Shown in pieces: positions 37,919-47,804 of a stretch of DNA of 64,000 nucleotides. Source of the stretch: Sedimentisphaerales bacterium (lineage in GTDB: Bacteria > Planctomycetota > Phycisphaerae > Sedimentisphaerales > Anaerobacaceae); assembly GCA_963708075.1 (NCBI GenBank), contig OY970194.1:768001-832000 (forward strand). Reading direction: 5' to 3'. The notes beneath the pieces were generated by a model. That model saw only the letters and a program-made list of their open reading frames with translations. It was not told where the DNA came from and did no database searches. A program made the position numbers and the translations under genes. Within the stretch, counting starts at the first letter, position 1, and each line of letters begins with the position of its first letter.

Positions 37919-39304
37919 ATGCCTGAGCAAAAACCGCAGATCCTTCTGGCCGACGACGAAGCCACGTTCCGCGAGACCTTCACCAAGGTTCTTGAAGAGG
38001 AAGGGTTCGCCGTAACGGCGGTCTGTGACGGCCGCGAGGCGACGGCCGCCATCATGAGGCAGCCCTATGCCGTGGCCATCCTGGATATCCAGATGCCTGG
38101 AAGTGATGGAATCAGCGTCTTGCGGGAGATCACGGCGATTCGGCCCCAGACGCGGACCATTATGGTGACCGCCTATGGAACCGTGGAGATGGCCGTCGAA
38201 GCCATCAAGCTCGGGGCCTGCGATTACGTGATGAAACCGGTCAACTTCGATGAAATGCTCACGAAGATCCGTCAGCACCTGCGCTACGTGGAGCTGGAGG
38301 CGGAGAACCAGAAGCTCCGCGATGAGTTGAACGGGCGTTTCGACATCAGCCAGATCATCGGGGAAACGCGGGTCATGAAACAGGTCTTCGAGACCGTGCG
38401 CAAGGTCGCGCCGACCCGCAGCAACGTGCTGATCACGGGTGAGAGCGGGACAGGCAAGGAGCTTGTCGCGCACGCCATTCACGCGCTGAGCACGACCAAT
38501 GGCGGCCGGTTCATCGCCGTCAACTGCAGCGCGATTCCGGAGACACTGCTCGAGAGCGAGTTGTTCGGCCATAAACGAGGCAGTTTCACCTCCGCCTTTG
38601 AGGACAAAAAAGGACTCTTTGAGATGGCTCGCGGCGGGACGTTGTTCCTCGACGAGATCGGCCATATGTCGCTGGGCTGCCAGGTCAAGCTGCTCCGTGC
38701 GGTGGAACAGAGGCAGATCCTGCCGGTGGGCTCGACGACACCTGTCGACATCAACCTGCGTCTGATCGCGGCGACGAACCGGGACCTTATGAAGGAGATC
38801 AAGGAAGCTCGATTCCGGGAGGACCTCTTCTATCGCCTGAATGTCGTCGGCATCCACCTGCCTGCCCTGCGCGAGCGGCGTGACGATGTTCCTCTGCTGG
38901 TCCGGCACTTTGTGAAAAAGTACAACGCCGAGATGGGCAAGCACTGCACGGGAGTCAGCGAGGACGTTATGAAGATGCTCACGGATCATGATTGGCGGGG
39001 CAATGTCCGGGAGTTGCAGAACGTGATCGAACGAGCCGTGATATTTGCCGAGAGCGAGGTCATCGAGCTTGCGGATATCGGCTTCACCGGTTCCGACGCT
39101 ACGGCCGATGTGGAGGACCAGGAAGGTTTGCAGGCTTCGATCCGAGCGTACGAGAAAGAGCAAATCTACAGAGCGCTTGCCAAGTATGATTGGGACAAGG
39201 CCGAGACTGCAAAAGCGTTGGGAATAGGAGTCTCGAGTCTGTACAGGAAGATCGATGAACTTGGGATCGTCAATCGCAGAGAACGGTCCCGGAAGATGGA
39301 GTAG
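37919..39304 (+). CDS. NtrC-family sigma54-dependent activator
   Basis: Receiver domain, GESGTGKE, ESELFGH, GSFTSA (GAFTGA variant), FREDLFYRL, Fis HTH. Confidence 0.93.
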   Translation: MPEQKPQILLADDEATFRETFTKVLEEEGFAVTAVCDGREATAAIMRQPYAVAILDIQMPGSDGISVLREITAIRPQTRTIMVTAYGTVEMAVEAIKLGACDYVMKPVNFDEMLTKIRQHLRYVELEAENQKLRDELNGRFDISQIIGETRVMKQVFETVRKVAPTRSNVLITGESGTGKELVAHAIHALSTTNGGRFIAVNCSAIPETLLESELFGHKRGSFTSAFEDKKGLFEMARGGTLFLDEIGHMSLGCQVKLLRAVEQRQILPVGSTTPVDINLRLIAATNRDLMKEIKEARFREDLFYRLNVVGIHLPALRERRDDVPLLVRHFVKKYNAEMGKHCTGVSEDVMKMLTDHDWRGNVRELQNVIERAVIFAESEVIELADIGFTGSDATADVEDQEGLQASIRAYEKEQIYRALAKYDWDKAETAKALGIGVSSLYRKIDELGIVNRRERSRKME

Positions 39305-39330
39305 CGGAGTCGATTCCGCGGGATATCTGA

Positions 39331-39792
39331 ATGAAGATTAGCCGGGCTTCAGCCTATGCGTTACACGCGTTGATGTACATGGTCCGACACGTGACCCAGT
39401 TGCCGGCGACCGGGAAGGCCATTGCCAAGGCGGAAGGCATCCCGGCCGGGTATCTGGCCAAGGTGTTGCAGCAGTTGGTCAAGGGGGGCTTTCTCCGGTC
39501 GGTGAAAGGCCGTGAGCGAGGGTATGTCTTCGCCAGGCCGCCGGAGGAGATCACTCTGCTCGAAGTGTTCGAAACGGTCGAGGGCAGACCTCTGTTTGAG
39601 GACTGTCCGCTGAGGCATTGCGCCTGTGGTGGAACGACCCAGAGCTGCCGCATCTTCTATCAGTGGACGATGGCTACCCGAAAATTCAGAACTCTGCTGG
39701 ATGAGACGACGATCGCGATGGCTGCCTGGAACCATCCGGAGCACCGCTTCGACGTGTTGCCGAGTGTCACCTCGATGGAGGAAGCCGGTTGA
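39331..39792 (+). CDS. Rrf2-family regulator with Cys cluster
   Basis: YALHAL, YLAKVLQQL, ITLLEVFETVEG, CPLRHCACGGTTQSC. Confidence 0.88.
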   Translation: MKISRASAYALHALMYMVRHVTQLPATGKAIAKAEGIPAGYLAKVLQQLVKGGFLRSVKGRERGYVFARPPEEITLLEVFETVEGRPLFEDCPLRHCACGGTTQSCRIFYQWTMATRKFRTLLDETTIAMAAWNHPEHRFDVLPSVTSMEEAG

Positions 39793-39911
39793 ATCTGACC
39801 GCTTCATACTGCCTGCGCTGCAGGGTGCGCTCTGTCATCAGACGAGTGAGTTTCCGTCCTTTTCCCCGGACCTCAGCAAAAAACAAAGCCCAAAATGCAA
39901 AATTCTGAAGA

Positions 39912-39927
39912 TTCTCGCAGATGAGAA
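39912..39927. promoter_or_regulatory. Operator-like palindrome over the ahbA start
   Basis: TTCTCG-CAGA-TGAGAA. Confidence 0.5.
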
Positions 39928-40385
39928 TGGATGACTTGGATCGTAGAATCCTGGATGCCTTGCAGTACGATTTCCCGCTGAGCGAACGGCCTTTCGATGT
40001 CCTCGCGGAACGGCTGGGGCTCGATGCCGACCTGCTGTGGCAACGCGTGGAACGCATGATCGAGCAGGGGGTAATCCGCCGGCTTGGGGCCAGCATCGAT
40101 TCGAGAAAGCTGGGTTTCTGCAGCACACTGGCGGCGGTTCGTGTCCGGCCGGAGAACGTGGAGCGGGCGGCCGAGGTGATCGGCCGACATTGTGAGGTGA
40201 CGCACAGCTATCTGCGCGACCACGAATTCAACATCTGGTTCACCATCATCGCGGCCGACAACGGCAAGATCACGGCGATACTCGATGAGGTTCGCGGGGA
40301 CTTGTCGTTGGACCCGTCCGACATTCTGAACCTCCCTATGAAACGCATGTTCAAGCTGGATGCGCGTTTCAGTGCCCGGCCATAG
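39921..40385 (+). CDS. ahbA: Siroheme decarboxylase subunit alpha
   Basis: LQYDFPLSERPF, IRRLGA, GFCSTL, VTHSYLRDHEFNIWFT. Confidence 0.87.
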   Translation: MRMDDLDRRILDALQYDFPLSERPFDVLAERLGLDADLLWQRVERMIEQGVIRRLGASIDSRKLGFCSTLAAVRVRPENVERAAEVIGRHCEVTHSYLRDHEFNIWFTIIAADNGKITAILDEVRGDLSLDPSDILNLPMKRMFKLDARFSARP

Positions 40386-40437
40386 ATCACTCGCACACCG
40401 ATATCCTTTGAACAAGCCCGTTGATTGCCCTTCGGAA

Positions 40438-40612
40438 TTCTCATATCTGAGAACGTTCTGTCGGGAGGCCGGTTCCTGTCTATCCATCGCCAGTCCCGTG
40501 GATTGAACACGCTGTGACCGTTCGATAGCATGAAGGACGGACAAGAGCTCCGCGGAGAACCCGCGTGATCGTCGCGAGTAGTCTCTGCGGACTCTATGGC
40601 AAGGTTTTTTCG
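40438..40612 (+). promoter_or_regulatory. Perfect operator and a variant sigma54 promoter
   Basis: TTCTCA-TATC-TGAGAA (40438-40453). TGGCAA-GGTTT-TTTCG (40597-40612), with TC instead of GC at -12. Confidence 0.55.
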
Positions 40613-40642
40613 GGTCTGCTCATTCAAAACCCAGGTAGGCTT

Positions 40643-41698
40643 ATGATAACTCTGTTCGGAAAAGATGCCTGTCTGCACGCGGGAAACGGGTCGAGCCTGT
40701 CCCGGATCTTGCGACCGATCCTGCCCGACCTGGAGGTGGTGCAGGGACATCTGGCCAACACGCTCCGGGACACCAATGATGGATCGGTGCGTCAGGTCGT
40801 TGATTTCCTGCTCGAATCGCCGGGCAAACGGATGCGACCGGCCCTGGCGCTTCTTTCATCTCGGGCTGCCCTTGGGAAGGGCAATGGCTCACCCGATCTG
40901 GGGCGTGCCTCGCTGAACGTGGCGGCGGCGGCGGAACTCATCCACATGGCCTCGCTGGTCCATGATGACCTGATTGACGCCGCCCTGGTTCGCCATCACC
41001 GCCCCAGCGTCCCCGCGAAATGGGGCAGGAGGGTTTCCGCGGCTGTGGGCGACCACCTGTGCGGAAAAGCGTTCCAGTTGGTGGCCGACTGCGCCGACCC
41101 GCGTCTTTTCGCGATTCTGGGCTCGCCGTTGTGTGCCATGTGCGAAGGAGAACTGATGCAGGTCGCCGGGCGGGGCGATTTCAGTCTCTCCGAGGAGAAC
41201 TGCCTGGCGGTCGTTGAGAAGAAGACGGCAGCTCTATTCAGTGCCTGCTGCGCCGCCGGAGCGATTACGACCGCCCGCGAGCCCATGGCATGTGAGACGC
41301 TTGGGAAGTTCGGGTATCACTATGGCGTTGCGTTCCAGATCCTCGATGACTGCAAGGACCTGCTGAGCGATGAGAAGCGGCTTGGGAAAACGCCGGGACA
41401 GGACCTCGTGGCAGGTGATGTGACCTTGCCCCTGTTGTATCTGATCGGGAACTTCCTGCGGCGCGGCGAGACGCCGTTGGAGTTGAGCCGCAGGGCAGTC
41501 GGGGAAAGGGACCTGGTTCGGCTGGGCAGGGCCTTCCATTCATCGTCAGCGCCGGGAAAGATCGCTCGATTGATTGCATCGCACATCAGCCGGGCCAGAC
41601 AGCAGTTGGAATCGCTCGTCGATTCCGAGTTCAAGGTCAGCCTTCAGCAGTTGGCAGACCATATAGCCATATCCATTTCTGATGTTCTTGCGAGGTGA
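40643..41698 (+). CDS. Long-chain trans-polyprenyl diphosphate synthase
   Basis: GKRMRP, ASLVHDDLID, KKTAALF, AFQILDDCKD. Confidence 0.9.
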   Translation: MITLFGKDACLHAGNGSSLSRILRPILPDLEVVQGHLANTLRDTNDGSVRQVVDFLLESPGKRMRPALALLSSRAALGKGNGSPDLGRASLNVAAAAELIHMASLVHDDLIDAALVRHHRPSVPAKWGRRVSAAVGDHLCGKAFQLVADCADPRLFAILGSPLCAMCEGELMQVAGRGDFSLSEENCLAVVEKKTAALFSACCAAGAITTAREPMACETLGKFGYHYGVAFQILDDCKDLLSDEKRLGKTPGQDLVAGDVTLPLLYLIGNFLRRGETPLELSRRAVGERDLVRLGRAFHSSSAPGKIARLIASHISRARQQLESLVDSEFKVSLQQLADHIAISISDVLAR

Positions 41699-41794
41699 GC
41701 ATGTGGAGAGGCGAAGGGCCATGATGGTTGATGATGATGGGAAGATCGTCACCCTCGCTCAGCCATCCATCCTGCGTCCTCCCATGAGAATGAA

Positions 41795-43189
41795 ATGATA
41801 GGCAAGATTGCCAAGTACATAGTGCAGACGCCCAGACTGGCGATTCGTACTTTCGGCCGGCTGAACTGGCCGGTACGGATCGCCGTTGTGCTGGCGGGCG
41901 TCGGTGTGTTCAGCGTGACAGCGATTGAGGTGACCGGGCAGCCCGGGTTCTGCAATTCGTGCCACATCATGAATTCATACTACGACAGTTGGACTCACTC
42001 GAGCCACGCCGACGTGAAGTGCCTCGAATGCCATCTGCAGCCGGGCTTCGCCGGACTCATCAAGGGCAAGATCAACGGCCTGGCCCAGGCCATCGACTGC
42101 GCCGTAGGGCGCGTCGGCACAAAGCCCAATGCGACAATCAAGGATGCCTCCTGTCTGCGATCGGAGTGCCACAGCACGAGCGAACTGGCGGCCAAGCCCA
42201 TCGACTGCAACGGCGTTCGCTTCGCTCACGACAAGCACATCGACAAAGTCGTCGACGGAATAAAGATCACATGCGGGACCTGCCACAGCCATTTTGAAGG
42301 GAACGACCATTTCAGCGTGGACCACAACGCGTGTTTCGTGTGTCATTTCCTCGGCAGCAGCGAGACCGCCGGCCGACCGGTTAAAACCAACTGCCAGGGC
42401 TGCCACAAAGTGCCGGACCAGGTCATCCGGCGGGGCTTTGTCAAAATCGACCACAGCGACTTCGTATCCTACAAAGCCAGTTGTGAGGAATCCTGCCACA
42501 AGCGGGAAGTCCGGCCGGCAAGCCAAGTGGAGGATACGGTCTGCCTGAACTGCCACGATTTTGGCAAACCGGCGGATGCAAACAGCCTGGAGCTGCATGA
42601 AAGCCACACGAATGGTGAAAAGGTGCAGTGCTTCGCCTGCCACGGAAAGGTGCCGCATGGCCAGACCCGCGTGGAGTCGGTGTCCGCGATGATGGATTGC
42701 CAGAGCTGCCACAGCGATACCCACCAGGTCCAGCGCACGATCTACAGCACGGAGCATCCCATGCAGCCGGACAAGACGGATCGGGTACTCAGCCCGATGT
42801 TCATGACCCACGTGGAATGTACGGGCTGCCATATCGAGAGGACGGCAAAAGCGTCGGGCATGCTCGACAGTTTCGGGACAGTCGCCCGGATGTCGCCTGC
42901 CGCGTGCGATCGGTGCCACGAACCGGGGACCGGACAGAAGTACGTGCCGTTCTGGCAGGATCGGATCAAGAAACTGTATGAGCAGGTGGAACGACACATC
43001 AAAGAGGCCGAGGCGCTCGCCCTCGCTCAGGCTGGCGAAGAAAAATCGCGGGACTTCAATCTCCGGGTTCAGCAGGCCAGGTCCATCCTCGATTCGATCC
43101 GCTATGACGGCAGTTGGGGCGTTCACAATTTCAAGTACACCGAGGCCCTGCTTCTCGAAGCAGACAAGATGGTTTCCAACGGGAGTTAG
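41795..43189 (+). CDS. NapC/NirT-type membrane-anchored dodecaheme cytochrome
   Basis: N-terminal TM helix, FCNSCHIM (CxxCHxM), 10 CxxCH plus CLRSECH and CEESCH, helical C-terminus with DGSWGVHN. Confidence 0.85.
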   Translation: MIGKIAKYIVQTPRLAIRTFGRLNWPVRIAVVLAGVGVFSVTAIEVTGQPGFCNSCHIMNSYYDSWTHSSHADVKCLECHLQPGFAGLIKGKINGLAQAIDCAVGRVGTKPNATIKDASCLRSECHSTSELAAKPIDCNGVRFAHDKHIDKVVDGIKITCGTCHSHFEGNDHFSVDHNACFVCHFLGSSETAGRPVKTNCQGCHKVPDQVIRRGFVKIDHSDFVSYKASCEESCHKREVRPASQVEDTVCLNCHDFGKPADANSLELHESHTNGEKVQCFACHGKVPHGQTRVESVSAMMDCQSCHSDTHQVQRTIYSTEHPMQPDKTDRVLSPMFMTHVECTGCHIERTAKASGMLDSFGTVARMSPAACDRCHEPGTGQKYVPFWQDRIKKLYEQVERHIKEAEALALAQAGEEKSRDFNLRVQQARSILDSIRYDGSWGVHNFKYTEALLLEADKMVSNGS

Positions 43190-43191
43190 AC

Positions 43192-44343
43192 ATGTGCGTA
43201 CGTAAGGAATACGGACGAATACGGGCGGCAGTGGCTGTAGCCTTCTGGATTGCGGCGTTGACTGTCACCGCGACGGCTCAACCTGCCAGTCCGCACCATC
43301 AGTTCCTGGGCGGGCCGTGGGAGGTCCTGGTCAAGCTGGGACTCGAGGGTGCCGGAGTACGCATCCCCGTGTCCATCGCGGATGAGAACAAGCCGCAGTC
43401 GCTCGGAACGGTGACGCCGGTGATGGGAACGCCCATGAAGGTGAAGCTCGAACGATACCTGCCGGACATGAAGCGGGAAACCACCGCCGTCGCAGACCCC
43501 AATGGCGGGCCGGTCGCAAAGCTGTCGTTGCGGGGCGAGAATCTCCAGCAGGACATCTGGCTCTCCGCTCGCGACCGTGAGAGGCAATCCGTATCCGCCG
43601 CCGTCGGGAGCGTCGCAATCCGGGAACTCCCTGGGTCGGTGGATGCTTCCATCCTGCAGGAGTTGACGGAGCCGGAGGTTGTGGGCGTCCTGCTCGTCTG
43701 GCTCTCGGAGACGAGCCCTCCGCTTGCATACACGGTCAAGCCGGGCAAGGTAATAGCGCTGCCGGGGTCTCCCTGGAAGCTCTCGATCACCCGGTACGTT
43801 CCGCACTACAGCATCGACCGGCAGACGAAGGAAGTGACCAGCCAGTCGGATAAGCCTGAAAACCCGGCGGTCGAGATCCGTGCACAGAACGACACGCAGG
43901 ACATCCGACAGTGGCTGTGGTCGCAGTTCGCGATGTCGCCGCACAAGACGCAGCAACTGCCGTTTCGAGTCAGGTTCCTGGATTTCCACGTGAGTGCCGC
44001 CGCGAGCCGATACCTTCTCGTGGTGGCGCCGGGCCCGCGATCTCACTTGCTCTACCTGAAGGATGGCAAGAAGCACATCGAGCCGGTCGAGATGGGCAAA
44101 CGGCATCTTTTCGACGACAAGCGGTATTCTTTCGCCGTCGAAGAGGTGCGGCCGGAGGCGAGGCTCGAAACCGCTTGGCAGAATGGCTCAGAGGTGCTCC
44201 TGCATCCTGCGATTGTGGCAACGATTACGCAAGGCAACGCCGACGAGCAGGTCGTGCTGGAGTTGGGTCAGCCGTTCCACCACAGGACAACTACGGGGAC
44301 TCTTGTCGTGCTGTACAGGCATGTGCCGGACGCTGTGAGATGA
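43192..44343 (+). CDS. Exported protein resembling the ResB/CcsB periplasmic domain
   Basis: Signal peptide. YVPHYSID...SQSDKPENPAVEI and PFRVRFLDF resemble ResB soluble-domain motifs (recognition by eye). Confidence 0.5.
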   Translation: MCVRKEYGRIRAAVAVAFWIAALTVTATAQPASPHHQFLGGPWEVLVKLGLEGAGVRIPVSIADENKPQSLGTVTPVMGTPMKVKLERYLPDMKRETTAVADPNGGPVAKLSLRGENLQQDIWLSARDRERQSVSAAVGSVAIRELPGSVDASILQELTEPEVVGVLLVWLSETSPPLAYTVKPGKVIALPGSPWKLSITRYVPHYSIDRQTKEVTSQSDKPENPAVEIRAQNDTQDIRQWLWSQFAMSPHKTQQLPFRVRFLDFHVSAAASRYLLVVAPGPRSHLLYLKDGKKHIEPVEMGKRHLFDDKRYSFAVEEVRPEARLETAWQNGSEVLLHPAIVATITQGNADEQVVLELGQPFHHRTTTGTLVVLYRHVPDAVR

Positions 44344-44422
44344 TCCGCAAATCGAGATACATCCTGTTGTTCACGGACGGGAGGACAAGTACCCGTGCAA
44401 GAGGCACGTGAGGAGTACTGAT

Positions 44423-45781
44423 ATGACAGGTGTCTGGAAACGCAATTGTATGGCTGCCGCTGTGCTGGCTGTGGTCTTCGTGGCTCCGGCGTGGGGCGTA
44501 GAGAAGCCGACCTCGTCGCAGAAGACGTGTGTCACGCAGGAGTGCCACGCGGACTACGCGAAGAAGCCGTTCGTCCACGGGCCGACCGGCCTGGGCAACT
44601 GCGCGAGTTGTCATGACGAGGTGGATGCGAAGGCCCACACGTTCAAGCTCGCTCGGGAAGGCCGGGACCTCTGCGAGTATTGCCATCTCGACCAGTCCAC
44701 GAAAAAGCATGTCCACGAGCCTCTCAAGACGGGTAAATGCACCGATTGCCATGACCCGCACAGCAGCGAGAGCAAGGCAATGATTCACGAGAAGACCGTG
44801 GCGGAGCTTTGCGCAAAATGCCACCAGACCGGCAAGGACGTTCAGTTCATGCATGGCCCGGTGGCGGTCGGCGAGTGCACGATCTGCCATGCTTCGCATA
44901 GCGCGGACCGACCCAAGCTGCTCGTCGACGAGCCGGTGAATCTGTGTTTCTCCTGTCACGTGGTGACGAAAGACGAGCTCTCGCAATTCGAATTTGTGCA
45001 CGAGCCGGCGAAGAATGATTGCATCGGATGCCACAACCCGCACGGGGCCGACCATGCGAAAATGCTGAAAGCCGACGCGCCCGACCTGTGCTACTCGTGC
45101 CATGAGGACATCAAGAAGCTGGCCGAGACGTCGAAGCATAAGCACACAGCAGTGACGGAGAAGGACGGCTGCCTGCATTGCCACACACCCCACGCATCCA
45201 CAGTGCAGTTCGTCCTCAAGGACGCCCCGATGGCCCTGTGCGAGTCGTGCCACGACAAGCCGGTGACGACGGAGGACGGCAAGCCTGTCGCATCATTCAC
45301 CGCGCAGGTCAAAGACAAGAAGTCGCCTCATGGCCCGGTTGCGCAAAAGAACTGTGCCGGCTGCCACTCTGTTCATGGCAGCGAGCATTTCCGTCTGCTG
45401 ATCAAGGACTATCCTCAGGCGTTCTACGCACCGTTCAGTGTGGACAAGTACGGACTTTGCTTCAGTTGCCATCCGGAGAGTCTGGTGTTGACGGAACGCA
45501 CCTCCGAGTTGACGGACTTTCGCAACGGGGATCGGAACCTGCACTATGTGCACGTGAACAAGCAGCGTCAGGGCCGGACCTGCCGTGCGTGCCACGCGAC
45601 CCACGCGAGCGACCTGCCCAAGCACATCCGCGAGAGCGTGCCTTACGGCGTGTGGAACCTGCCGATTCAATACCAAAAGACGGACACCGGCGGCGGTTGC
45701 CAGCCGGGCTGCCATCAACCGTTCGACTACGATCGCCAATCGCCTGTCACATATCCTGTGTTGCCGGGTCCGCGACGTTGA
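44423..45781 (+). CDS. 15-heme periplasmic cytochrome c (doubled-CxxCH repeats)
   Basis: 13 CxxCH plus CVTQECH and CQPGCH. AGGAG RBS and signal peptide. Confidence 0.9.
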   Translation: MTGVWKRNCMAAAVLAVVFVAPAWGVEKPTSSQKTCVTQECHADYAKKPFVHGPTGLGNCASCHDEVDAKAHTFKLAREGRDLCEYCHLDQSTKKHVHEPLKTGKCTDCHDPHSSESKAMIHEKTVAELCAKCHQTGKDVQFMHGPVAVGECTICHASHSADRPKLLVDEPVNLCFSCHVVTKDELSQFEFVHEPAKNDCIGCHNPHGADHAKMLKADAPDLCYSCHEDIKKLAETSKHKHTAVTEKDGCLHCHTPHASTVQFVLKDAPMALCESCHDKPVTTEDGKPVASFTAQVKDKKSPHGPVAQKNCAGCHSVHGSEHFRLLIKDYPQAFYAPFSVDKYGLCFSCHPESLVLTERTSELTDFRNGDRNLHYVHVNKQRQGRTCRACHATHASDLPKHIRESVPYGVWNLPIQYQKTDTGGGCQPGCHQPFDYDRQSPVTYPVLPGPRR

Positions 45782-45809
45782 GTCGTCGGCGGTACGGAAG
45801 GAGTCTCTT

Positions 45810-46849
45810 ATGTTCGCGCAAAAAGCAACATACGGCCGTGGCGGCCCGCGATGCTTGTCCTGGCGGCCTGCCTCGCATCACCGCTGGCGGGACAGGAGGG
45901 TCTGCGTCGAATCCGTGTGGGCGATACGATGCCCGAGTTCTCCCTGTCCGACGTCAACGGAACGACCGTGCACTATGGCGGCAAGGAGCCCCGGCCCATG
46001 GGCATTGTGATCCTTCAGGCCGGGCAGAGCCAGCGTGAACGACTGGTGGCGGACATTGAGGCCCTCGTTCAGAAACTCAGATTGGAGGGGGCCGTCTTCG
46101 ATTGTCTCGGGGTGATGACCGGCCCCGGCACAAGCGAATTTCTGCGTTCGCGCGACGCTGACGGAAGGGCGGCACTGCCGATATTCGCGGACCCCAATTT
46201 TGCGTTTTGGGGTCAGCTCGGCGTCATCGCGACTCCGACGGCCGTGGTCGTAGGGGCGGATCACAAGGTACAGTGGATCAAGGCCGGGTACGGGTATGAT
46301 TTCGTGGCCGGTTTTCACGCTCAGTTGAACAAGGCCCTTGGCCTGACGAATGTCACCGACGCATCCGTGCACGTGGAGACCCTGGCGAACAGTTCCGCCC
46401 GAGCCCGCCGGGATAGGCACATCCAGTTGGCAAGGACGCTTGCGAAGAAAGGACGGCTGGAACCCGCGATTGCAGAACTCGAGAAGGTGCGTGAGCTCGA
46501 GCCCAACGCCGTGGATGTTGCTCTGGAGCTTGGTGAAGTGCTGTGCCGGGCCGGCAAGAATGAGGCGGCGCTGAAGATCGCAGCCCAGGTCAAGGCCGAG
46601 TCGGACCCGGACAAGGCCCGTGCGATGCTGATCTCAGCGTGGGCCAGGCGGCAGATGGGCGACCTCGAAGCTGCGGCAGCGATTCTGACCAAGGCCCTGG
46701 CTCTCGATCCGGAATCGTCCCGCATTTTGTACGAGTCAGGCAAAGTGCATCAGGCCCGGGGAGAGTCCGAGAAAGCATTGACCTGCTACCGCCGGGCTCT
46801 GGCGGGGATTTTCGGCGAGGATGACGTAAGCAATGCCTCTCGCAAGTGA
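45810..46849 (+). CDS. Exported redoxin-like (no CxxC) plus TPR protein; probable 1-bp deletion in A5 at 45820
   Basis: AAGGAG RBS at ATG 45810. Adding one A gives signal peptide MFAQKSNIRPWRPAMLVLAA. VGDTMPEFSL, GVIATPT, C-terminal TPRs. Confidence 0.7.
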
Positions 46850-46907
46850 GAAAAGACGCCGAGAATATTCCCGCTTGTGAGATAGTGCATCTCTCTCGCT
46901 TATGGGA
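46838..46907. promoter_or_regulatory. Three TCYCR-N4-YGRGA sites
   Basis: TCTCGCAAGTGAGA (46838), TCCCGCTTGTGAGA (46869), TCTCGCTTATGGGA (46894). Confidence 0.7.
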
Positions 46908-47001
46908 CTGCGGCAGAGGCTTCGTTGGATGGAGCCGGAAGTTGTTGTTATTCAAGGCCTTAGAGCGATTCGCGTGGCCGGTCGCCGTCTGTTGCTGATG
47001 G

Positions 47002-47017
47002 TGGCATGAGATTTGCT
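47002..47017 (+). promoter_or_regulatory. Sigma54 promoter of the OmcE-like operon
   Basis: TGGCAT-GAGAT-TTGCT. Confidence 0.8.
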
Positions 47018-47183
47018 CAAGAATGGTGGGCGCGGTGTCTACACACGGTGCAGATGCATGGTGGTGAAGGCCACCGGCATGGGCATGGGCGTGGAGAAGT
47101 GGTAGAGTCTTGCCGGGATATGGCAGCTTGAATCAGCCAATCGGCATGTAATTGATGTATCAGTGGAACAGGAGGAGTGAGAA

Positions 47184-47804
47184 ATGCAGAACAGGTGGTT
47201 AGTACGAGTGGGCTTGGGCGTGATCGTTTCGAGTCTGTTGACGACACCGGCGGTGTGGGCGGCGGCCGCACATTCCGATCTCGTGGGCTGCGACGGCTGT
47301 CATGTGCCGCACAACGCGGACCAGCTTCCCGGTGTGCCGCTGTGGAACGGCAATGAGACGACGGTGACGTTCACGATGTACTCCAGCAAGACGTTCCAGG
47401 CGACCATTGACGGTCAGCCGAGCGGCGCGTCGAAACTCTGCCTCAGTTGCCATGACGGCGCGAACCCGAACTTCCTGTGGATGACGGATAACGAGAAGTT
47501 CGGGGCGGGCGAGTTGGCCAACAGCCACCCGGTTTCCTTCGTCTACGACTCCGCGTTGGCGGCGGCCGACGGGGCTCTGAAAGACCCGTCCCAACCCAGT
47601 ACGCTGGGTCGGACCATCGCCCAGGATCTGCTGGACGGGGACGGCAAACTGCAGTGCAACAGTTGCCATGATGTGCATACTTCCGGCGTGGGCAGGGCAT
47701 TGCGTGGCTACAACTACGGTTACGAGACCATCCAGAATGACGATGGCTCGAGTTCCCAAATGCACCACGGTCCGGAATTGTGCCGCATGTGCCACCTGAA
47801 ATAA
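47184..47804 (+). CDS. OmcE-like tetraheme cytochrome c
   Basis: Signal peptide. CHVPHNA..PLWN...TFTMYSS...SKLCLSCHDG...LANSHPVSF...LQCNSCHDVH...LCRMCHLK. AGGAGGAG RBS. Confidence 0.8.
   Translation: MQNRWLVRVGLGVIVSSLLTTPAVWAAAAHSDLVGCDGCHVPHNADQLPGVPLWNGNETTVTFTMYSSKTFQATIDGQPSGASKLCLSCHDGANPNFLWMTDNEKFGAGELANSHPVSFVYDSALAAADGALKDPSQPSTLGRTIAQDLLDGDGKLQCNSCHDVHTSGVGRALRGYNYGYETIQNDDGSSSQMHHGPELCRMCHLK

Noticed and set aside
46950..46962. IHF site ATTCAAGGCCTTA between the activator sites and the sigma54 promoter
   Set aside because: The position is plausible, but it has a mismatch to a short degenerate consensus and is too weak to call.
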